Part shown: piece by piece, positions 57,808 through 64,000 of the stretch
How positions within the stretch are numbered: the stretch's first letter is position 1
Layout: every line of letters starts with the position of its first letter
Assembly: GCA_963803805.1 (NCBI GenBank)
Contig: CAWDOD010000011.1
Span: 224,001-288,000 of the forward strand
Length of the DNA stretch: 64,000 nt
Source of the DNA: an uncultured cyanobacterium
GTDB taxonomy: Bacteria > Cyanobacteriota > Cyanobacteriia > Cyanobacteriales > CAWCAG01
Reading direction: 5' to 3'
Translations under genes and position numbers: made by a program
The notes under the pieces: model-generated
Told to the model about the DNA's origin: nothing
What the model saw: only the letters and a program-made list of their open reading frames with translations
The model's database searches: none

Positions 57808-57865
57808 TCGCAAACTTTCATCTTAGATAAACAGAGCAATCCCTGACTTAAATAGGTGATCTGAA

Positions 57866-58450
57866 ATGGTTAAACAGTTTGTTGCAATCCAAAAACATTA
57901 TTACACTCCAGAAGAATATCTAGAATTAGAAGCTAAAGCTGAATATAAAAGTGAATATTTAGATGGGAAAATTATTCCTATAACAGGAGGCACTACCAAT
58001 CATAATAAAATCGCTGGTAACTTTTATCGTCAATTTCCTTTAACTATTGCTGGGCAAGATTACGATATTTACATAGGAGATGTGCGCCTCTGGATTCCTG
58101 AATATCGCCACTATACTTATCCAAATATTATGATAGTTGAAGGAGAGACTGTTTATGAAGGGAAAGGTACAACCACAATTACTAATCCCTTAATTATCAT
58201 GGAAGTTTTGTCAAAATCTACCCAACAAACCGATAAAACTTCTAAATTTCGTTACTATCGTTCTCTTCCTAGCTTTCAAGAATATATTTTAGTTGATCAA
58301 TACAGTTATTATGTAGAGCAATATGTAAAGCAAAAAGATGAACAATGGTTACTCCGTGATTATCAAGGAGAAGAGTCAACTTTAGCTTTGGCTAATCTAG
58401 AATTTGAAATTTCTTTTCTAGAGTTATACAGAAGGGTTAGTTTTACTTAA
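57866..58450 (+). CDS. Uma2-family endonuclease (different subfamily from the array)
   Basis: YTPEEYLELE...K.EY.DG.I, H..I..N, YPNI (usual PD appears as PN), IMEVLSKST...DK..KF..YR. Confidence 0.88.
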   Translation: MVKQFVAIQKHYYTPEEYLELEAKAEYKSEYLDGKIIPITGGTTNHNKIAGNFYRQFPLTIAGQDYDIYIGDVRLWIPEYRHYTYPNIMIVEGETVYEGKGTTTITNPLIIMEVLSKSTQQTDKTSKFRYYRSLPSFQEYILVDQYSYYVEQYVKQKDEQWLLRDYQGEESTLALANLEFEISFLELYRRVSFT

Positions 58451-58724
58451 AAAGATTGATGTTTGAGGAAAGGGCGAGTACATTGAGTCTTCTTTGAGTT
58501 CTACTTTTGCTCTTGTGGAAGGGATTAAGCAGTTTGTGCAAAAGGTTTAACCCAAGATTCAAGTAGTGGGTTAGAAAGAGATAGAGAGTTTATCACCTTA
58601 TTATTTCGGTAGGCTTGCGATATATTTGTGCCAGTTTTCTAAGTGAATATATTTACTTTGCCTAAGTAATAACCCTATAATGAGGACATTCAAACTTTTC
58701 TTCGATCTCAAGGAGCATAAAAAA

Positions 58725-59525
58725 ATGGCAAAGGGCGATCGTATTTATGTTAGTTTCTGGGTAGATAATGTGCCTGTTACTCATCACGCCATAGATTGTG
58801 GAGATAGTGTAATTGAATATCAAGGTTATAACCAAGGTGGTAAAGTAACTCGTATACCTAAGCATTCTTTCGGAAAGAGAAGGACTATTAAGATTAAAGA
58901 ATATGGCAAGTGTGACTTACCCGATGTTGTTGTAAAGAGGGCCGAAAGCAAGTTGGGACAGGCAGGTTACTGTCTATTTACAAACAACTGCGAACATTTT
59001 GCTTATTGGTGCAAGACTGGCAAAAAAAAGAGCGAACAAGTCAACAATGCTGCTGCGAGTATAATAGGTGGTGCAGTTAAAGCTGCTGCTGGTGTAGGGG
59101 CTAACGTTGCTACCAATACTGCTGCTAAAGCTGCTGGCCAAGCTGCAATCAAAAGTGCTAGCCCTGTGGCAAAAACGTTGATGAAAGTTGGTCTTAAACA
59201 AGCCCCCCAGGTTGCCAAGGTTGCTGGTAGGACTGCTGCGGGAATTGCAGGTGTAGGCGGTATTGTTACAGGCTTCGCTGCTGATGCTGTAGTTGGTCAA
59301 CTCCTCAAGGAGGACGAGCATTTGCCGAAATACGACAACGACGCAAGAAAAACAGGCAGAATAGCAGGACAGGTTGGCTCTGTTGTTGGTGGTCTAGGTG
59401 GTACTGCCGCAGCAGCCGTGCTTGGAGGGGGTGCAGCTATTGGTGTTGCTGTTGCTGCCCCCGCAGTATTAGGTATTGGTGTAGGCTTGGGTTCTTACCA
59501 TATTTTCAAGAAAAAGAAAAAGTAA
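58725..59525 (+). CDS. LRAT/NC-domain (permuted NlpC/P60) protein with Gly/Ala-rich hydrophobic C-terminus
   Basis: GD.I...HHAID.GD..VI, RAESKLG...Y.LF.NNCEHFA.WCKTG; AGGAG RBS. Confidence 0.88.
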   Translation: MAKGDRIYVSFWVDNVPVTHHAIDCGDSVIEYQGYNQGGKVTRIPKHSFGKRRTIKIKEYGKCDLPDVVVKRAESKLGQAGYCLFTNNCEHFAYWCKTGKKKSEQVNNAAASIIGGAVKAAAGVGANVATNTAAKAAGQAAIKSASPVAKTLMKVGLKQAPQVAKVAGRTAAGIAGVGGIVTGFAADAVVGQLLKEDEHLPKYDNDARKTGRIAGQVGSVVGGLGGTAAAAVLGGGAAIGVAVAAPAVLGIGVGLGSYHIFKKKKK

Positions 59526-60047
59526 GTTAGGGAACTCCAGAAAATAAAACACCTATGAGAGGCAATTGAGCAAGTATTATAAGCAATAATATGTCTAAAT
59601 TAATTTTTAGATTAAATCTTTTGAATTTACATAAGTTCAACTTTAAATTTGTCAAGGCCAAAAAGTTGCTTCAAAAGACGCATTTGTGTGGTTTAATGAA
59701 ATAATTGAAAATTCACACTGCCCTTCTTGTATGCAAAATTTATATTTAATCCTTACAAGCACGCTAAACCGTTGATCAAGCTACTATTTTCCTCAAAATT
59801 ATAGTAATTAGAAGTGCTTTGTTAATCAAATATTGAGGGCGATTGCAAAAGTTTTTTTGACAAATATGACTCTTTGGCTTATAGTGCAAAAACTTTCAAA
59901 TTGTGACTCTCAACTCTGTCTGCTTTCAGCTATGATTGTAACTTCCCCAGAGATCACAATAAGAGACTCTGCAAAAAATCGATGAGGTTGCTCTGTTGCC
60001 GTTTTTTAAAGACCGGCAATTCCCAAGAACTGAATTTGCTATCAAAC

Positions 60048-60809
60048 TTAACTAGTTTTAACTGCCACAATACGCAGACGACGATAATCGGCATACCAAC
60101 TTCCCTCACGATATAAATCGGGTCTACATTTGCGTTCTATTTCTTGCAGAATCGCTTCTTTCTCTGCCTTCAAAACACCAGAAAAGAAAGAATATTCAGC
60201 GAACATCTTTAGCCAATTTTGTAACCCTTCCTCCCCTTGTAAAAGGGTCGGACGATTTAATAACCAAGCAAAAGTTAACTCAAAACCATTTTTTTCTAAC
60301 AAACTGCCATATTCCACAATGCCAGGAAAATACCAAGGGTTCTTCCCTTCCGTTTCATAACCAGCCCCTTCAAGGGTTTCATAAACTGCATTAACAATCG
60401 CCCTCACATTACCCTTGCCCCCAAATTCAGCCACAAAACGCCCTCCTGGTTGCAAGGCGCGATTAACTCCTTTAATCACCTCTTCGGCATTCTTCATCCA
60501 ATGCAATGCTGCATTAGAAAAAACCGCCGCAAATTCTTGGTTAAAATCCAACTTTTCCCCATCTTTCACCCTCAAATCTAACTGAGGATAGAGGCGTTTT
60601 CCCTCTTTAATCATCGTCAGGGAACTATCTACACCAACAACCTCTGTCCCTTGGTTCGCAATTTCTTTGGTTAAATGTCCCGTACCGCAACCGATATCAA
60701 GAATCTTTTCCCCTGGTTGTGGGGCAAGCAAATCCTTAATTCCTGCCCCCATTTGCGCCACAAAAGAATGTTTATTGTCATAAAGTTGAGGATTCCACTT
60801 CTGAGTCAT
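60048..60809 (-). CDS. Class I SAM-dependent methyltransferase (Tam-like)
   Basis: ILDIGCGTG, VFSNAALHW, GGRFVAEFGG.GN, ADY.RLR. Confidence 0.9.
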   Translation of the reverse strand: MTQKWNPQLYDNKHSFVAQMGAGIKDLLAPQPGEKILDIGCGTGHLTKEIANQGTEVVGVDSSLTMIKEGKRLYPQLDLRVKDGEKLDFNQEFAAVFSNAALHWMKNAEEVIKGVNRALQPGGRFVAEFGGKGNVRAIVNAVYETLEGAGYETEGKNPWYFPGIVEYGSLLEKNGFELTFAWLLNRPTLLQGEEGLQNWLKMFAEYSFFSGVLKAEKEAILQEIERKCRPDLYREGSWYADYRRLRIVAVKTS

Positions 60810-60906
60810 TATTTTTTCAATCTTGATTTATGCCCAAAATAGGATGTTATCGAATTATCCCTATGTTTAAACTCAATTAAAGAAATCACCCTCATCTACC
60901 CAGGAA

Positions 60907-61641
60907 ATGTTTAAAAAATTCTCCTTAGTATTGTGTCTTATCAATGGCATTATCTTGAGTGGTAGTGCAGTTGAAGCCCAAATTGCAGAACCTGCGACTC
61001 CCTCAACTTATGATGGAGATAATCTCTCTCCAGTTACGGAACCAGAAACTAAAACCGAGGAAGCAAAAGCTGTCTTAACCCCAGCAGATTTACCTCCTGG
61101 TTTCCAAAGTTTACCACCAGAATTTTCTGAGCAAATAGCTAGCCAGTTTCAACTTCTTAGCCAACAATTAGGACAAGGTAATCTTCAACCAGAGGACTAT
61201 TTTGTTTTAGTTAATCCTAATTTAGCCAATTTGCAAATAGTGATGGGTTTCACCGGAGAAATCTCTGAAGAAGCCCTCGATAATTTTGATGCTAACTTAG
61301 AAAATATGCAAAAGCCGGAAAACAGGGAGCAAACCCTAGCTTTGATGCAAAATACTCTCAAGGATTTTCCTGGGTTGGAAATTGTTGACTATGAAGAACT
61401 TCCTTTGGAAAAACAGATAGCTGATAGTTCCACCGCTATGACAACAACCATCAAGTTACAAGGACGATCTTTTAAAGTTGATATGGTTGCTTTCCGGCGC
61501 AATGATCAAGGAGTGCTAACAGGAGTAATGTATTTTAATAATCAAGAACCGCAAGTATCAGTAGCAGAAGTTGCTAATAAATTAGATGAGCGTATCCTAG
61601 AGTTATCCCTAGCCACCGACTCAATAATCATTAACAACTGA
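60907..61641 (+). CDS. Secreted hypothetical protein
   Basis: Signal peptide; LT..DLPPGF motif. Confidence 0.75.
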   Translation: MFKKFSLVLCLINGIILSGSAVEAQIAEPATPSTYDGDNLSPVTEPETKTEEAKAVLTPADLPPGFQSLPPEFSEQIASQFQLLSQQLGQGNLQPEDYFVLVNPNLANLQIVMGFTGEISEEALDNFDANLENMQKPENREQTLALMQNTLKDFPGLEIVDYEELPLEKQIADSSTAMTTTIKLQGRSFKVDMVAFRRNDQGVLTGVMYFNNQEPQVSVAEVANKLDERILELSLATDSIIINN

Positions 61642-61738
61642 TAACTAATGCCCAACAGCAACGGCAGCCCTACATTGATAACTGATCATTGAAAACAGAC
61701 TCCCCTTGCTAGAATTTAAGAAACATTACTTAATGATT

Positions 61739-62005
61739 ATGGCCATGGAGTCGAAAGTAGAAATCTATACCTGGAGTCGTTGCCCTTTTTGTATCAGGGC
61801 TAAGGGTTTGTTAGATAAGAAAGGAGTTCAATACACAGAATACTGTATTGACGGCAAGCCCCAAGAAAGAGAAGAAATGTCTCAAAGGGCAAATGGGCGT
61901 ACTTCTGTGCCGCAAATCTTTATTAACGATGAACATATTGGCGGTTGTGATGATCTCTATGCTTTGGAGTCGGCTAATAAGTTAGATGCTTTGTTAATTG
62001 CCTAA
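61739..62005 (+). CDS. grxC: Glutaredoxin 3 (start codon uncertain)
   Basis: CPFC, SVPQIFI, IGGCDD. Confidence 0.93.
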   Translation: MAMESKVEIYTWSRCPFCIRAKGLLDKKGVQYTEYCIDGKPQEREEMSQRANGRTSVPQIFINDEHIGGCDDLYALESANKLDALLIA

Positions 62006-62043
62006 TGACTAGTTGGTAATAGTATCTTTCCTTGTTCCCTATA

Positions 62044-62094
62044 GCCTTACGGCAACGCTTACGTTAACTTGTAAGCGTCTCCGCAAGGAGAAAC
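62044..62094. repeat. Two adjacent small dispersed repeat-like elements
   Basis: GCCTTACGGCAACGCTTACGTTAAC and GCGTCTCCGCAAGGAGAAAC, related to elements at 7546 and 28805. Confidence 0.5.
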
Positions 62095-62121
62095 CTTACT
62101 TCTTCTTCTTCTGTTTCCTAT

Positions 62122-63084
62122 ATGAAATTTGCTTTTATAATAGACCCTTTAGCTAAGCTAGATCCTGGACATGATAGTAGTGTTGCCATAATGGAAGCGG
62201 CACAACAATTAGGACATGAAGTTTGGGTAACTCAAGCTGAAAAGTTAAGTGTGGTTGAGGGTAAGGCTTGGGCGCTTTTAGAAAAAGTGGAACTTACCCC
62301 GGTGGAATTAGTTGAGGGACGTTGGGTTCCTGTGGTTGATTGGTATCAGGTTTCCCAAGGGGTGTTTATGGCTTTGGAAGAAATGGATGCTGTATTTATG
62401 CGAACAGATCCTCCTGTAACTATTCCTTACCTCTACACCACCCAAATTCTCGATTTAATCAATCCAGAAAAAACCTTAGTTGTCAATAAACCAAGAGGGA
62501 TACAAGCAGCTAATGAAAAGCTTTATGCTTTAAATTTTCAATCAGTTATTCCCGAAACCATTGTTACCCAAGATAAACAAGTAATTAAGGAGTTTGTCGC
62601 TGAAAAAGAAGCCGGAGTCCTCAAACCTCTAGCCGGAAAAGCTGGGGAAGGAATTTTATTTCTTGCTGATGGCGATCGCAACTTAAATTCTTTGATTGAA
62701 ATTAGTACCAAATGGGGAAAAGAACCTGTGATGGTACAAGCTTATTTACCTGCTGCTAAAGAAGGGGATAAAAGGATTATTTTACTCGACGGCAAACCCC
62801 TTGGGGCAGTTAACCGTATTCCCACAGGTAAGGAGTTTCGCGGCAACATGGCGGTAGGAGGCAGAGTTGCCGCAGTAGAGATCACTCCAAGGGAAGAAGA
62901 AATTTGTGAGTTGGTTGCCCCGAAGTTAGTTGAAGATGGTTTATACTTCGTTGGTATTGATGTTATCGGCGGTTACTTGACGGAAGTAAATGTTACTAGC
63001 CCCACAGGTATTAGGGAAATAGATCGTCTGAATAATGTTTCTTTAGGCAAAGAAATAATTCAATGGCTAGAAAATCGTTCCTAA
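62122..63084 (+). CDS. gshB: Glutathione synthetase
   Basis: MRTDPP, NEKL, GDKRI, FRGNMAVGG, GIDVIG.YLTEVNVTSPTG. Confidence 0.96.
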   Translation: MKFAFIIDPLAKLDPGHDSSVAIMEAAQQLGHEVWVTQAEKLSVVEGKAWALLEKVELTPVELVEGRWVPVVDWYQVSQGVFMALEEMDAVFMRTDPPVTIPYLYTTQILDLINPEKTLVVNKPRGIQAANEKLYALNFQSVIPETIVTQDKQVIKEFVAEKEAGVLKPLAGKAGEGILFLADGDRNLNSLIEISTKWGKEPVMVQAYLPAAKEGDKRIILLDGKPLGAVNRIPTGKEFRGNMAVGGRVAAVEITPREEEICELVAPKLVEDGLYFVGIDVIGGYLTEVNVTSPTGIREIDRLNNVSLGKEIIQWLENRS

Positions 63085-63121
63085 TCAGCAACTAGCCATT
63101 AGCCCTTAGCAAATAACAAAA

Positions 63122-63916
63122 TCACTTAATTGCTGCTTTAACCCTAAAACAAAACTCTTCGATCGCTTGTAAACCCTCTTCTGGAGTTCCGGTGGCTAGA
63201 CGCTTAACTATGGCACTACCCACAATTGCTGCATCTGCCCCCCATTCTTTTACTTGTTTGGCTTGTTCGGGTTGAGAAATACCAAAACCAACACCAATGG
63301 GTTTATCGGTAACTTTATGTAAGCTTTGTAATAAATCTTTAACCCTAGTTTCCAATTCCGAACGTACTCCTGTTACCCCAGTCACACTTACCAAATAAAC
63401 AAAACCTTGAGATTGAGAGGCGATCGCCTCTATCCTTTCAATAGGGGAAGTTGGGGCAACCAGTAAGATAACTTCAATTCCTTTCTCTGCGGCGGGTTTG
63501 AGGAGGGTTTCTGCTTCTTCTAAGGGTAAATCTGGCACAACCAAACCTTTTACCCCAGCAGCGACAATTTGGTCAAGAAATGCTTCAATGCCCCGATAAA
63601 AAATGGGGTTGTAATAGGTGAAAAGAATAATTGGTGCAGCAATTTCCCCAGAAATATCCCGAACAATTTGCAAAACATCCTCTAACTTGACTCCCTTTGC
63701 CAAAGCCCTCGTCGCTGCGGCTTGAATAGTTGGTCCATCTGCGAGAGGATCAGAATAGGGAACTCCCAATTCAATTATATCTGCCCCTGAGCGATCAAGA
63801 ACCTTGAGGGCGCGGGCAGTAGTAGCCAGATCCGGATCTCCAGCAGTTATAAAAGGAATGAAAGCACACTGAGAACGATTACGAAGGGCTTCAAAACAAG
63901 CGGAAACTGATGTCAT
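63122..63916 (-). CDS. trpA: Tryptophan synthase alpha chain
   Basis: [38 protein letters not shown]. Confidence 0.97.
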   Translation of the reverse strand: MTSVSACFEALRNRSQCAFIPFITAGDPDLATTARALKVLDRSGADIIELGVPYSDPLADGPTIQAAATRALAKGVKLEDVLQIVRDISGEIAAPIILFTYYNPIFYRGIEAFLDQIVAAGVKGLVVPDLPLEEAETLLKPAAEKGIEVILLVAPTSPIERIEAIASQSQGFVYLVSVTGVTGVRSELETRVKDLLQSLHKVTDKPIGVGFGISQPEQAKQVKEWGADAAIVGSAIVKRLATGTPEEGLQAIEEFCFRVKAAIK

Positions 63917-63923
63917 TTAGAAT

Positions 63924-63972
63924 TAAGTAATAAGTAATAAGTAATAAGTAATAAGTAATAAGTAATAAGTAA
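63924..63972. repeat. Heptamer tandem repeat (TAAGTAA)x7 upstream of trpA
   Basis: Seven perfect copies. Confidence 0.9.
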
Positions 63973-64000
63973 TAACAGTTGTCACTATTTATTACCACTA

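Noticed and set aside
59528-60040. Possible mobile element or pseudogene; TAGGGAACTCCAGAAAATAAA resembles the inverted motif at about 13546-13567
   Set aside because: No matching second end, target duplication or reading frame found; left unannotated

Overview
AT-rich cyanobacterial chromosomal window. Evidence for a cyanobacterium: more than 35 HIP1 GCGATCGC octamers, heptameric tandem repeats, petJ, Tic20/Ycf60 and pucC. It is mostly housekeeping and envelope genes: nhaS3, lytic transglycosylase, pepA, tRNA-Arg(ACG), moaC, ctaA, tatA, eda, a PAS histidine kinase/NarL pair, mgtE, petJ, pheT, spkB, petR/petP, grxC, gshB and trpA. The most striking accessory locus is 27.2-34.2 kb. An ankyrin gene and a small membrane gene sit divergent from an HTH-LRR-Roc-COR (Roco) gene with mosaic 69-bp LRR repeats. 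That gene is followed by four tandem 593-bp Uma2-family nuclease units, nearly identical except for one short hypervariable segment, so the locus is a candidate diversifying sensor/nuclease system. Other notable items: single-base frameshifts in two copper-pathway genes (ctaA, petP); a candidate CRP-site-associated sRNA in a convergent intergenic region; two MITE families with target-site duplications; an HTH-PIN toxin-antitoxin pair; and a possible integron-cassette remnant. No CRISPR array, rRNA, transposase or reverse transcriptase was seen. All family calls come from motif recognition by eye, not database searches.
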